Origin: Dimorphilus gyrociliatus
Taxonomy: Eukaryota; Animalia; Annelida
Length of the DNA stretch: 64,000 bases
Direction: 5' to 3'
NCBI GenBank assembly: GCA_904063045.1
Contig: CAJFCJ010000011.1
Coordinates: 451,100 to 515,099, forward strand
The notes under the pieces were generated by a model that was not told the DNA's origin, made no database searches, and saw only the letters and a program-made list of their open reading frames with translations. The position numbers and the translations under genes were made by a program. Shown here one piece after another: positions 47,130-60,534 of this stretch; the stretch's first letter is position 1, and each line of letters opens with the position of its first letter.

Positions 47130-49266
47130 TTATAATTTCCTTAATCTTGCGGATTGTCGTCGTTTTCCTTTACTTTCGGCACCTTTTGGTTCAAGTTCTT
47201 TTTTATGTTGCTGCTCTTCTGAATCCTTTTCTTCATCATCTTCTTCATCAGGATCTTTCATATCCTCATCGTTACTAATTAAGTCGTTGTCTTCGCTCTT
47301 TACATCGTCTTCTTCCTCTTCTTCTTCCTCTTCCGATGATGAGCTACCTCGCAATCCATGTAAAAATTCTTTCATATCTTCATTTACTTCTATCGGGAAA
47401 GAGTCATTGTTTACTTCGGAAATTATAACTTCAGATTGTGGAACGTTTACAATATTGACTTTTTCTACTGTTTCTTCCTCCATCTCTTCAACAAAGTCTT
47501 GGTCATTCGAGGGTTCTTCAAGCCCTTTAGTTACTGATGGATGGGTATCCGAGCCGAAGTCATTTCGTTTAATCATTACATTATCTTTAAAATACTTATC
47601 GACGTTTTTGTCCATAAGTAATTCTTCCCATAGAATACTTGTTTTCGATTTCGTTACTTTCATGAGGTTCTTATATTTTTCGATTAATTTTATCAGCAGA
47701 TTAAAAGATAAACCCTCTCTATATCTTCCCAGCTGAGAGAGACTATGAACAACAGGTGCTGGGGAGTAAGCTTCAAGGAAATCCTCGTTAAAGATAAGAT
47801 CTTGGAACTTATTAATTTCTGCTTTAGATGGATTTGGTTTCTTTAAGTCTAGTCCATGTCCTTTCATAAAATTATTCATAATATCTAGTTGTTCTTTCAT
47901 TTCATTATTTTGCTCCAGTCTCTTAGCATGAAATTTAGTAAACCATTTCGGTTTTCTTTTCAGCAATTCCAATTCATATGACTCAATATCTTTTCCCGGC
48001 TCTTTGAATGGTAACTTTTCTAATTTTCTTAGCTGCTGCAAAGCTGCTAAGCTATAATATGGTTTTCCTGTCAAAGGATCAGTATATTTCGCCGGTTGAC
48101 CCGTTATTACACATATTTTTGGTCTTGGTGGTGGACGAGAACGTAACCGCTTAACATCATTAGGATTATGATAAGTGACAAAATGGTCAATTTTGTTACT
48201 AAAAAAAGATACAAATTACAATACAAATTGTGGAGAATAGTGCATACTCACTTTCTATTGACAACAAGTGTAGATACAATAGGCTGATTTTGCTTTTTAA
48301 GCATTCTCTTTGCTCTGTGTATTTCAGCTTCATTTATTCGGTAAGCATCTAAACGAAGAAAGAATTCTAGACATAGTTAGCAAAAGACAACTGAGAGGCC
48401 TACTTAAACTTTTCCTATTTAAATATTCGTTGAGCTTGGCCTCTTCCATTTTAGTATGTTGGAGTGCAATAAATTTTTCTGGATCTATGTCTTGCATTTC
48501 TTGCTTTTTCTTTTCGCGTTCTAACCTTTGAGCTTCTATCAATTTCATAGCAATACCTGGCATAATATAAATTTAGAAAACACATTGGTTTTTATAAAGA
48601 AATGTTTAAATCTATTTATACTTGATGCTCCAGATAAGATTGTTCTTCCTCCACTTGCAACAGCTTCTTCAATTTGCTCCAAATCAAGCTGTTCATTTTC
48701 TGGAATTTTTGAGATCATTTTTATATTTTCTAGCTTTTTTATTTCTATAGGTATGGTATGGTATCTCTTAATTTCTTCCTGAGTCCATTCACTCATTGGT
48801 TTATTTAGAGAATTTTTGTATTCAAGTTGAGCTTTTTCTATCAAAACTTTAGTATCCTGTTGTAAAAATTGCATGTTAAGTTTGTATTAAAAATAAAATT
48901 ACCGTACCTTTATAATATCACGCTTTTTCTTCTTTTTATCACCCTTCTCAGGTTTATCGGCTTCCTCCTCCTCGCTTCTAATCTCATCAGTCTCATCTAT
49001 ATCAAAATCGGAATCCACAGAATCATCAGAATCTTGATCAGCATCAGAGTCTGATGAATAGTTGATATCTTCTGTTTCCTGTTAGAATTAGACTATTGTT
49101 ATTACAACAATATAACTATTTGAAATTGAACAAGTACTTCAGCGAAACCGCCATAAGCGGTCTGATAAAATTCATCTTTATGTTTTTCTGGATCTTCATT
49201 TTCTAGTAATTTATTCAAACGATTACCGGCTGTAGATCGCTTAGCCCTATTTCTGGCTAAAGACAT
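47130..49266 (-). CDS. VPS72: VPS72/YL1 (SWR1/SRCAP/TIP60 complex H2A.Z-binding subunit) homolog with long acidic C-terminal extension; ~6 exons
   Basis: MSLARNRAKRSTAGNRLNKLLENEDPEKHKDEFYQTAYGGFAE matches human MSLAGGRAPRKTAGNRLSGLLEAEEEDEFYQTTYGGFTE. Acidic exon ETEDINYSSDSDADQDSDDS...DFDIDETDE. YL1_C motif CVITGQPAKYTDPLTGKPYYSLAALQQLRKL matches human CPVTHRPALYRDPVTDIPYATARAFKIIR. The same exon runs on for ~300 more codons, ending in an SEEEEEEEEDD acidic run and KGKRRQSARLRKL*. Confidence 0.7.
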
Positions 49267-49739
49267 ATTTAGTTTATTATCGCTCACTAAGTAAGGATGC
49301 CTAAAATTTTTCAAGCTCAGTCTGTTCTGAAAGCCGACAATTTTTTGCCATTCACCGGTTAGTTGTGGTAGTTAACCAATGATTACGCTCTAAGCGTCTG
49401 GTTACAACCGGTTTGTTCAGCAGCGCCATCTGTGGTGTTCTTAAAGCTCTGCGTTATATACTATCAAAAACATTTTTGCGCTTATTTTCTTCAAGCGAAA
49501 AATGATCACAGCTTCACAATTTTATTATATAGATAGTCTCCCAAGGTCTTAAAACATGAAAAGAATAAGACTTCAAAATTTTTTATTGTATTGAAATTAG
49601 TAAATTTCCTATTTAAAGAATTAACAAAAACATTTTCCAAATAAGGATATATGTTTATATATATATATATATATATAAGCGTTGTAACTTAGCAAGTAAA
49701 CAATTACTATACAAACAAATGAATTTGAGTTCATCTTAA

Positions 49740-50888
49740 CTACCAACTAGAGGCCTTGGTGAATCTTTTCTCCAAATATTCAGGACTATGCATATCCGAT
49801 AATATTTGAGACTCAATTTTATCTAGTGCACCCAAAGTAAGAACAAGCGTTTCATGTTTCAATATACTATGAACATTGAGTCCGTAAACGGGCATTACGC
49901 TATATTGTTTATATTCACTAATAGCATCAGCGAAATATTGGTCCTCCAAAACGTCTTTTCTGAAAGTAAAATTTTATAAGTAATATAAAGCAAACAAGTT
50001 ACAACTTACTCATTTACAAAAAGAACAGATAATCCCCAGCCACGACTTTCTATTAGCTCTTCCAAATAACCTGGTTCATCAGTCGGCAGGCAGAGGTCGT
50101 TGACTATGTGCAAATTATCCTAAAGGCAAACAAGCATTTATATCATTGATGTTATGAGAAAAAATTATACAAACTTGAGCGAATTTACAAGATAAAGCTG
50201 TTCGTAATCCCAATACTCTCATTTTTTTGCCTAACATAAAAAAGTATCCTCTGGGACCCCTAGGTCCAAATGTTTTACCGCCTTTAAATAACAGTAATTA
50301 GCATGAGACATAATCTTGTCATTTAGTCAAAACTTACCTCCAATCCACAAAGGAGATCGAATACTGCCATGTCTGGCTCTACCAGTTCCTTTTTGAGGCC
50401 AAGGTTTACGGCCTCCTCCAGGTAATTCAGCACGATTACGTACAAATTCATAATTCTAGTGCACATTTATTCAATAATGTAATTAAAACATTCAAACAAT
50501 ACTATTTTTATACTTACCACTTTCTTATATCTAGATTGCCAATGGGTATTCCACCAAAGGACATCGATTCTGTTGATAACTCTTCGTTATGAAAAAATTA
50601 TGAAAACTAAAGCGTGTAATAATACCGAGGAAAGGTGGCAAATATGTCGGGATGCAGGTCAACTATTCCCAACTTCTTATCATTAATGATTGATAAAGTT
50701 TCCAACCAAGCCTGTTTTGCTTGCTGATGTTTTGGGACTCTATATAACTCTCTTGAAGTCATTAAGGGTAAAGGTCTCGATAGAACCGATTCAGAATCTA
50801 TGAAAGGCACTTAAAGTTTATTTGAATTTATATTTCAATAAAAACTAAATATACCTAGAGATGATGCTGCTTTCACATCACTGCACAT
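49740..50888 (-). CDS. MRPL4: Mitochondrial ribosomal protein L4 (uL4m); ~6 exons
   Basis: ...[29 protein letters not shown] matches human [45 protein letters not shown] matches [41 protein letters not shown] is identical to the human motif. Terminal exon ...[21 protein letters not shown] matches [20 protein letters not shown]. N-terminal exon ([12 protein letters not shown]) assignment is tentative. Confidence 0.7.
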
Positions 50889-51592
50889 ATTAGCAAAAAG
50901 GTTTGGTCGTATCTGAAGAGTGAAAATATTGCTCAAGGATGAAAGTTTACAAGGATTTGATTAAATATAAATTAAAAAATTAACAGTTTGTTATTAGGTT
51001 ATGAAAAAAAAAGTACCTTCATACTTCCAGTGAGAAATAAACGCCCGTTCAGAATAAGTCTACAATTCATGATTTTTCTCCGGCACACTCCGTCAATGTG
51101 ATAACTTAGATCACAACCTTGACATTCAGGCACATGTCCCTACCGGTTTTTCAAACCGGTTTTGACTTATTCTCTTCAGTGTTATATTCAATATATATCA
51201 TTCACAATGGTCTAATAAAGTTCATTACTTAACTTTAAACTCAAATAAAACATCACACTATGACTTCTACTTATATTTATATTTCAGAAAAGTTGAAAAA
51301 TGTCAAATAAGATTGCACAAATAAGAACTTTGCTTTAATTTAATTTACTAGGAGAAATCAAATAGAGTAATATCGTGTCATACTTAAAAACCTTGAATAG
51401 GCAGTTAATGCTACGATAACTGTTTATGGTCAAAACACGTGAAGTTTTAAAACTTGTTTAAAAAATAAAACTCTATAAACGAATGGTATTCTATGTTGTG
51501 AGGTGTCCAATATTCTCCATTTTTGTCAGATGTGGTAGGAAATTTGCAGATTGTTTCTGATTTATGACATCTCTTCTTGATAAAAAGGCATA

Positions 51593-54500
51593 ATGTTTAA
51601 AAAATTAAAGCAAAAAGTGCAGGAAGGAGTGAATACTGGTAGTCAGATTCTCCAACAAAGTAAAAATAACATTTTAAACAGGGTAAGAGCTTTATCGTCT
51701 GCTAATTCAACTTGTTTCGCTCAGTTCTAAAAGTATCAATAATTTTCTCTAGGATATTTCTGCCAGTCAGGAAAAGGTTTGTATTAAGTTTAAAATATTT
51801 TCTCATACATAATGGAAGATTATAGATCTCTGAAAGACAATATGATCAAGTTTCAAAAGAACAAAGTAGCACCCATGGCCCTTTAATCAACATAGGGGTA
51901 TGTTGCTGAATACTTTTAAAGTAATAATTGACAAATCTATAATTTTAGGATACATCTCAGCATTCTGTAGATTCTAACCCAGCAATACCCCAGCAAAATC
52001 ATCCTGATGGGGATCTTGTTGAATTGAATGTAAGAGCTAAGTGCTTTCCTTGGAATAAACTAATTATATATCCTACAGGAACCACCAGCAACTTTGGATT
52101 TGAGTGGACAGAATTATTTTGCAGATAGTGATGTGAGTTTTCTAACGACTGACGAAAAAAAGGCGCAAATACCTCGTTCAAGAACCGATTCAATTTCGTC
52201 GCAAGCTTCTGACCAATTTTTCGGTATTCCTATTTCTCCGTTCACCCATACACACATGCCTTTAGCCAGTGATGTTGAAAGCACCGCAAGTGAGGTTAGT
52301 GCTATTTTTAGCTTCAGATCAATTTAATTAATATTTGAACGTTTTTATTTGCCATATGTGAAATATTAAAATTATCTTTGTTGTTTAATTTAATATTATT
52401 TTTTTGTCTAAAATTTCAGATTGATGATTCTTCTGTGAAGAGTTTCGGAACGTTAAGTAAAGAACAAATATTGAATAATTATGCGAAAATTGTAAAGAGA
52501 TGCGAAAAATATAAAATAAGATTTAAACGAGTAAATTTCTGTTTTTGACTATTTAAAATTGAGGTGATTAATTGTAATTTTTTGCTATAGCTAGCTGAAG
52601 CTTATCGAGAAACAGAAAAGGAACGGGAAAAATTACAAAATGTACTCACTGCTTCACAAGATAAGGCAATCAGAAAAATATCAGAATTTAAAGAACAAGC
52701 AAAACTAGACGCTCTAGCCAAACGAGATATACAACAAAATTATGAACTACTGTTAGAAGAAAAAGATGAATATATCTTTGTTTTAAAAACTCAGATTGGA
52801 CTATTAAAGGAAGGACAATCAATTCCTGATGATTTGCAAGCTAAAACTGAGTCAGTTGAGAAGTCGACGGCAGTGAAAGAAGAAAAAGCTAAATCTCTTA
52901 TGAGTGGGTCAGAACAAGCAGCTGATGTATCCTTGAAAGAATATTCTGATAGAGTGAAAAAATTGGAGAATTTATTGGGAAAATGTAAAGAAACCATACA
53001 GCAAAAACGAGTGGAATGCGCTCGGTTAAATCAAGATAAAGAAGATATTGAAAATAAACTACGAACTCTTCAAGAAGAAAATGAACAATTAAGAGTTTGT
53101 GAAGTTGACACGAAGAAAAAAGTTCAAAAGCAGTTATTAGATGCTCGTCAGATAATGGAAGAATTGGAAAGTAGTAAGGCAATGGCAGTTGCTGAAGTAA
53201 AAGCCGAATTACACTCTCAACTACAGATCACTGATGAAGAATTATCGAAAACAAGGGAAACTTTTAAAATTGCACAAAAAGAAATTGAGAATTTACAGGA
53301 AGCGAACTCCAAATTAAAGCAGTCATTCACAGAACAGTTGGAAAAAGCAAAATCTATAATATCTCGACTAAAGAATGAAAAAGCTCAGTTGAAGGAGGAT
53401 TTGCAGACAAGACTTGAGACATCTGAACACTCTTTAGACGAAGAAAAAGAAACTGTAGTACATGAACTGAAAAGAGCGAAAACACAAGCTTTGGAAGTGA
53501 TGCAAAGTGAACATGATGAACAAATAAAAATAATGAAAGATTGCCATAATAAGGAACTGAATGAATTAAGAGAAAAATTGACTGAAGAATTTAATGAAAG
53601 AGATATATTAAATCAAAAGCAGTTGGAGGAAGCAAAGCTTCAAATTGAAAAAGCCATTCAAAACAAACAGGATGAACTTAGTAAATTGTTAATTGAGAAG
53701 GACGAAGAATGTAGAAGAATGTTACTTGAAAAAAATGATGAAATGAGGCTAGCACTTGAAGAGAGGGAATTGCGAAAAATGGCTGTTGTATCCAAACAAG
53801 ATGAAGAAAACGATGTTCTGAGTGCAAAAATAGCTCATTTAGAAACGACTAACTTACAGCTAGAACAAGATATGAATGATTTGAAAGAAAAGCATAAACT
53901 CGAAATTGAAAAATTTGTTTTCAAAATTGAAGAAAATGCTACACGAAAAGCGGAAGATTTATTAGAAGTAAACAGAAAGCATGAAGAGGAACTAGAAAAT
54001 TCTAAGAGGTCGATCGAAGAGAGTTTTGAACTGAAATTTATGGAAATGGGACAGAGTAGAAAAGATGAAATAGACACTTTAGTGGCAAAATACGAAGAAT
54101 TACTCAGAAATAATTCATCTGAATTGGATAATGACTATGGAAAGCAGATGGAGATACTGAAAACTCAAAATAATCAAGCACTTGGCGAACTGCAATCATC
54201 TCTCAATCAATCTTCACGAAGAGTGAATGAATTAATCAGTGAAAACGAAGAACTAAAGGAGAAAATAAAAACAAATGAGCATGACTTAGAAGAGACAGTG
54301 GAAAAACATTCAAGTGTCTTATCCAGTTTGAACGAAAAACTTCGAAGTAGCTCGGAAGATTATGAAAAGTTAATGAAAGAATATAATAATTTACAATCTC
54401 AGCACAAAGAAAAATTAGATGAATTAAATTCCAATATACAAGAGCATGTTACGACTAATGAAAAGTTAAGAAACACTGTTTCAGAGTTGGAAAATAATTG

Positions 54501-57500
54501 CAAAGATTTGCTAACATCTTTAGAAGATAAATCTAAACAATTCGAAGCAAAATTAAATAATGCTAATGAACAATGGGAAAAGAAGTTGGAAAATGAACTA
54601 CAAATTCTGCAGAATGAGTGCAGAAGAAAAGTAGATGCTTTAGAAATACAACAGCGCGAAAGCGAAGAAAACGTAAATAATGAATTAAGTAATAAGCTTT
54701 CTGAAGCTAATGCAACTATTAGTGGCCTAGAAAAAGATGTTTTATCGGAGAAGGAGAATAGTGAGGTCTTAAGATGTGAGATCGAAAATTTCAAACAAGC
54801 TGAAAATTCCCACAAAGAAATCATCAATGATTTAAAGCTTCGACTTCAAGATTATGATGACAACTTAGAAAGTGAAAGAAAAAAACTGGCTGAAATGTTA
54901 GAAGAATTAGCAGCTATGTCCGATAATGAAAATTTACTGAAACAAAAACTAGAGTCTAATGAAGAGGAATATAAGCAAAAATTAAATGAAATTGAAATGC
55001 AAAGGTCTAAAGAAGTAGAAAATCTGAATAATTGTATATCTGAAAACCAGAAAGCCCTACATGATGTACTTGAAGAACTGAATGATAGTAAAAGTCGCCT
55101 AGAAAGCTTTGAAATTAAAATTAATGAATTAGCAACCGAAAATGAGAAATTAGTCGATCATGCCCAGGTTAAAGACAAAGAAATTGAAAAAAATAGTGCA
55201 GAAATCTCTGAAAAGGTTCGACTACTGGAATCAACTTTGGAAACTAGAGAGGAAGAAGTTTTAAGATATCAGAAAGAAAAGGAGGATCAAACTAAGACTC
55301 TTGAATCTGCCAATGATCGCTTAAAAACTCTTGAAGAAAGTTTGACTAGTTGGAAGACGGCTGCTGAACAAAAGGAAGGAGAACAAGGTTCTCTCTTAGA
55401 AAGGCTATCAGAGCTCGAGCAATATCAAGCAGATTCTAAAGAAGATTTTGAAATAAAACTGGCAGAGATCCAGTCCGAAAAAGAAGCAAAGGAAGTTCTC
55501 CTTAAAGACTTGTATGTGCAATTAAACGACTCAAATAAAGAAATGTTGGAAAAGAACACTAAGATTGACCAACTTGAAAGTAAAGTTAGAGATTTTGGTT
55601 CACATTTGGAACTGCAAGCATCTCAGCAAAAAGAGAGAATAGTTGAAGTAGAAAAGGTTATAACAGAGCGCAATGAAACAGTGAAATGTTTAGAAAATGA
55701 GTTAAAAAAAAAGCAAGAGGAAATCACCAATTTGCTATCAATGATTCAGACTTATGAAGAAAATATCAAAGAAGTTGAAAGCCTTAAAAATGATACAGAA
55801 AAAGAAAGAGAAGATATTATTAAAGAATATCAAAATCATATTGAAAATTTACAAGTAAAATTACAACAAGAGGAACATAATATGATTCAGTTTAAGGATA
55901 GTGTTAAAAAACAGTTTGAACAAAATCAAACACGTGTAAAAGAAACCATTGCAAAGATGAAGAAAAAGTCTGACGAAGAAATAGCTGATAGGGACGAAAT
56001 TCATCAAAGGAAAATTGAGCGTTTCAACAAAGAAAAACAAAAAGAGATTGACGAAGCAGTTCGAACAGTAAAGAAATCCGTTGAAGATGAATTAAATTTT
56101 CTAAAAGCAGATTTAGAATCATCTAGAATTAAGAGTAGTGAATTGTCTGCCCAATGGCAATCTGAGAAACAGGCCCTTTTAAGTTGCTCAGATAGTGTTC
56201 GAGGCGAAATTGCTATACTGACGGAAGAGAAGAAGCAATTAGAAAAGGAAATCGATGATTTAAATAAAACGATAAAGGATTTTGACTCATCAGAGTCAAA
56301 TTACAAAACGACAATTGATGATCTTAACAACCAAATCGAAGTGCTTAAAAATGATTTTACGGACAAACTGGATAAAGTTAAAGAGAAGCAATCGAAAGAC
56401 TTGGAGGAATTGACAAAGTCCCATTCTTTAGAACTGGAGGAAATACGAAAAGAACAAGATAAAGCCGTAGAGTCATCATCCAATGCTGAAGTAAAATTTC
56501 AAAAGCAATTCCAAGAGTTGAAGGAAAAAGCCAAATCGAAGTTATTAGATATGAAAAGAAGCCAAGAGGCTAAAGAAGCTGACTACAATATAAAATTATC
56601 GGAACTTGAATCGAAATTACAAGAACAAAAAACGAACTCAGCTGATCTTGAAAATAAACTAGAAAAAACGAGCCATGAGTTTAAGGAAGTTACTGTTAAG
56701 TATGAAGAAACTGAAACACGGTTGAGAGAAATGACAGAAAATGATTCTACTTTGCAAAATCGATTGTCGGAATTGAAAGATAAGCTGCAAATTGTAACAG
56801 AGAAATTAGAAATTGTTACTGAAAATGAAAAGCAATTCAAAATGAGAGAAAACGAATTAGAATTGGCCTTGCAAGATAAAAAGAGAGAAATTGAACTTAT
56901 TTCTGAAACTTTAAACACTAGGCAATCTGAAGAAAACGAATATGAAAAATTAAGAGGCGAAATTGAACAAAAAAATGTTAGTTTACAAGATCTACAAATT
57001 GAGATAGAAAATCTAAAAAAATCATTGTTAGAAGCAAATACTCACAACAATGAACTGGTTAATGCCGAAAAAGCCAAATTATCATCTATCAAAGATTCGA
57101 CTCAGGAAAAAATTAAGAAACTTCAAAAGAATTTGTCAGAAAAGGACGATCGTTTAGAAGAATTTAAGGAAACCTTATCGCAAATGAGGCTTCAATTTGA
57201 CAGAGAAAGAGAATTGAATGAAAAATTAAAAGCAAATTATGAAAATGAAAAACAAGAGTATCTCAATAAACTAGAAATTTTTAACAATGAAGCTGAAAAA
57301 GTATTGTCAGAAAAAGAACAAATGTGCGTGGAGCTAAAACAAGTAACTGATCGTGCGGAAGCTCTAGATGAAAAAGTCAAAGAATACGAAGAACATATAA
57401 AGGAGACCAATGAAAAATTATTGTCAATGGAGTCCGAATTATCAGAGCATAAAACAGCAGGATCAGAAGCAGCAGAAGCGTCTCAACATACTGTCGTAAA

Positions 57501-58695
57501 ACTAAAGTCATTAGTTAAACAGTTAAAATCTGAGAATGAAAGAACAGAGAAACAAGTAGAAATTTTGAAGAAAGAACATGAATCAGCCATCCAAAAACTC
57601 ATGCGAGAAAATGAAGAACAAGTAGAAGATATGAAGAACGAGTGTAGCAGCCAATTAAAAATGATTTTGAAAGAATACAATTCACAATTGGATCAAAAGG
57701 AGAACGAATTCCAAGAAAATTATGGAAAAACTATAGAAAACTCACAGTTAGAGCAAGAAAAATTGCAGAGAGAGCATTTACAAGAAGTCGATGATTTACA
57801 CAAGGAGCTTAATGAAAAAGATAAAAGAATGGAAGAAATGTTTAATGAACATGAGCTGCAATTACAAATGAGAGATGATGAATTTGAAGAAAAGATGCAA
57901 GGAACCGAAAAACGTATTTCAGATTTAGAAAATGCTATCGGAGTTAAAGAACAGGAAATAAATTTGTTAAAACTATCTAATATGAAGGTACCAAACTAAA
58001 TGATATATTTGTAATCATAAATTTAGATGTTTACCTTCTAGGCTCTATCAGAGAAAGATCAAGAAGTTACAGACATAAGAAATCAACTAGAAATTATTAA
58101 AATGCGCCTAGAAGGATCGGAAACAGAAAGTTCTCTATTAGAAAATCCAGAGGGAACCCCAGAACACAACTTAGAAGTCGAAAATATGAATTTACACGCA
58201 AAAGTTAGACATTATCAAGGTGAACTTGCTCAATTAAAACTAAAAGAAAAAGGCATAATTCAACAAGTAAGAGAACAAACATGTAAAAATTTCCCCACTA
58301 ATATTCCTTTTAATAGGGTAGCGATTTGCCCTCTGCTCTAAATCATCAAGCTTATTTTTCGAATGAGCCAGTCCTTACTGAACAAACAAAGATGGAATAT
58401 ATGCGCAATGTTTTGTATGAATATATGATGGGATCTCACACCAAAGTAATAGGAATTTATGAAAACTATAAATGTTAATTTCTTATTCAAATATGTATTT
58501 TCACAGACCCTATCAAAAGTTCTTTGTGAGTTATTGCATTTCTCCAAAGAGCAAACAAGAAAAGTTGTAGAGAAAGAAGAGTCTCGATCAATAGTAAGTC
58601 ATTAAGTTTTTACATATTCCGCAAGGTTAAGCTAATTGTCAAACAAACAAAACAAAAATATTTTAAAAAATCTGTAATTATTTTACTAGACCTAA
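51593..58695 (+). CDS. GOLGA4: Golgin-245 (golgin subfamily A member 4 / trans-Golgi p230) homolog: N-terminal MFKKLKQK motif, ~1800-aa coiled coil in one 5.4-kb exon (52591-57987), C-terminal GRIP domain; ~12 exons
   Basis: Exon 1 MFKKLKQKVQEGVNTGSQILQQ (human GOLGA4 begins MFKKLKQKISEE). Small exons with GTAAAA, GTTTGT, GTAAGA, GTTAGT, GTAAAT donors. Giant exon of E/K/L/Q heptad-rich sequence. 45-bp intron 57988-58032 containing the in-frame TAA. GRIP exons (A)YFSNEPVLTEQTKMEYMRNVLYEYMMGSHTK and TLSKVLCELLHFSKEQTRKVVEKEESRSI match human GEPTEFEYLRKVLFEYMMGRETKTMAKVITTVLKFPDDQTQKILEREDAR. Final 2-codon exon T*. Confidence 0.85.
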
Positions 58696-60127
58696 AATGT
58701 TTTGACTGGATCGATTTAGGACATTGGTGAGTTAATTGGGTCGGGATTACACGAATAAATGATTGATTAAAGATTGCATAGAACACATTTTATAATTTAT
58801 TTGGTAGTGGGTTCTAATGGCAATTTATTAGGATATTAGTTGCGATTTTTTCTATAAAAATACTTTGAAAGCGTAAAAAAAACCGCTACTGTTGTGTTGT
58901 TCCACTCGTACTACTCCTTCAGAGCATCTTCGCGCCTTTCGGCTTTGGATCAACACCAGTGTTGTCACCTCAGCCGTCATCATTGTCGTCATCCTCGCAC
59001 ACCGCTAGTCCTCCATCTTCGCCGATACGGCGAAAGGAAAGAAAAAACGTCAACCCTGTTTTCGTGTAGTCTTTCCTGGTGAGGTTGCTGGTTTGATATA
59101 CCATTATATTATCCATTTTCCCAACATACTATCTGTTGAGTAAATATTATTTCTATTGTTAAGAAAAAAACACTAGAACTATTACAAAAATGTCTAATAT
59201 AATACATACAAAAACCATCTTTGATAGTGTTAGGAATCCTCAATATATTTTTGATCGAAAAAGGAAATTACCCACCTCAAATAATTCAATCATAAACAAA
59301 TATGGAAATTCAATTAAATTCAAATTTTTAATCCATCAGGGATTATTGTTTACATATTATTTCAAGATGATTTAAGATCGTAAATAAAAAGAAACATAGC
59401 AGCATGCATCTTCTGTTTGGTTAAGCAATAATTTAGAAAGGTGCAAATCGTTTTGTTGCTGTATATTGAAAACAGACACTAACACATAAAATATCTATCA
59501 TTTGAATCTGGTTTATTCTAGCCAGATGAAATAGAATAAGTTTTAATTGTGTATTATATTAGCACATAACTATCTAAATCATATTTATACATAGATTTTA
59601 TGTATGTATAAATAAGAACTTGAGACTTTTCCGTTTTTCTACTCTTCTTATACTTTTTCACCTGCTTGATATCGTTTATATCTTTTATTTTCACATTGCT
59701 GTATTATTCAATACCTGCACTCACCTACCCCCACCCCCCTTTCCGCTCCATCTCGAATTAAACAAACTAGGTAACCGTGTTTTTTTCATTATGCTTGTTT
59801 TTTTACAACCTTCAAACATATTTCGGATAATCTATATAAACTTGAATAACATAACTTAGATAAATTTTCTCTTTGAACAGGTTTGGGGAATGACTAGTAG
59901 CCCTTTGAAATTTTCAACACAATCCTCTAATAGATGATGGTTGGCTTAGATGTTGGCGAACGATGGATATCTTGTTTACTTTTCTTTTTTGCGGTGCTTG
60001 TTCAACATTCCGTTTATTTAAAATAATTTAACATTTGCATTATTTATAAAATTAAATTTAGCAATTTACAATTATTCACATCCAATGAAACTACAACTGA
60101 TTGAGTAACATACTGCCTAATAATAAA

Positions 60128-60245
60128 TACAAAATCTAATATATATATACAGTATATATATATATATTTGTATATAGTAAAATTGAATAAACATACTAAA
60201 TATATATATTTGAATTGATATATAGATATATACAGTATATAGGAT
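60128..60245. repeat. AT-rich block with two copies of the TATATACAGTATATA motif separated by ~80 bp, plus (TA)n
   Basis: aatatatatatacagtatatatatatatatttgtatatagta ... gatatatagatatatacagtatatagga. Confidence 0.7.
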
Positions 60246-60534
60246 TTTCTAACTATTATAACTGAAAACATATATACTTTGATTATGAAATATTTTCTCG
60301 TGCTTTGTTTTATTATTTGATAAGACTAATACAAAATATTAATTTGTAATGTTTATTAAAAGGGATTAAAAGAGAAAGGCCTAAGGCGTCGAGTTAGTTA
60401 CGTATAAAACAGGTCAATAAAGTGTTTTATATATCCATACATGAAGGTAAACTTCGACTGTATCGATTCCCAACTATGTCAAATTAGTATTATTTCTTTA
60501 TCCACTTCGGTCTTTCTTCGGTTTTAGAAGAACA

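Noticed and set aside
47086-47736. 216-codon plus-strand ORF (serine-rich, SSSSSSSS...)
   Set aside because: It is the antisense reading of the poly-Glu/Asp coding run of the minus-strand VPS72 exon. A GAA/GAT-rich sense strand automatically gives an open TTC/ATC antisense frame.
58102-58341. ORF 58102-58341 ending ...NRVAICPLL as a separate small gene
   Set aside because: It is a GOLGA4 exon read through its GTAAGA donor into the following intron. The correct continuation is the GRIP-domain exon starting at 58327.
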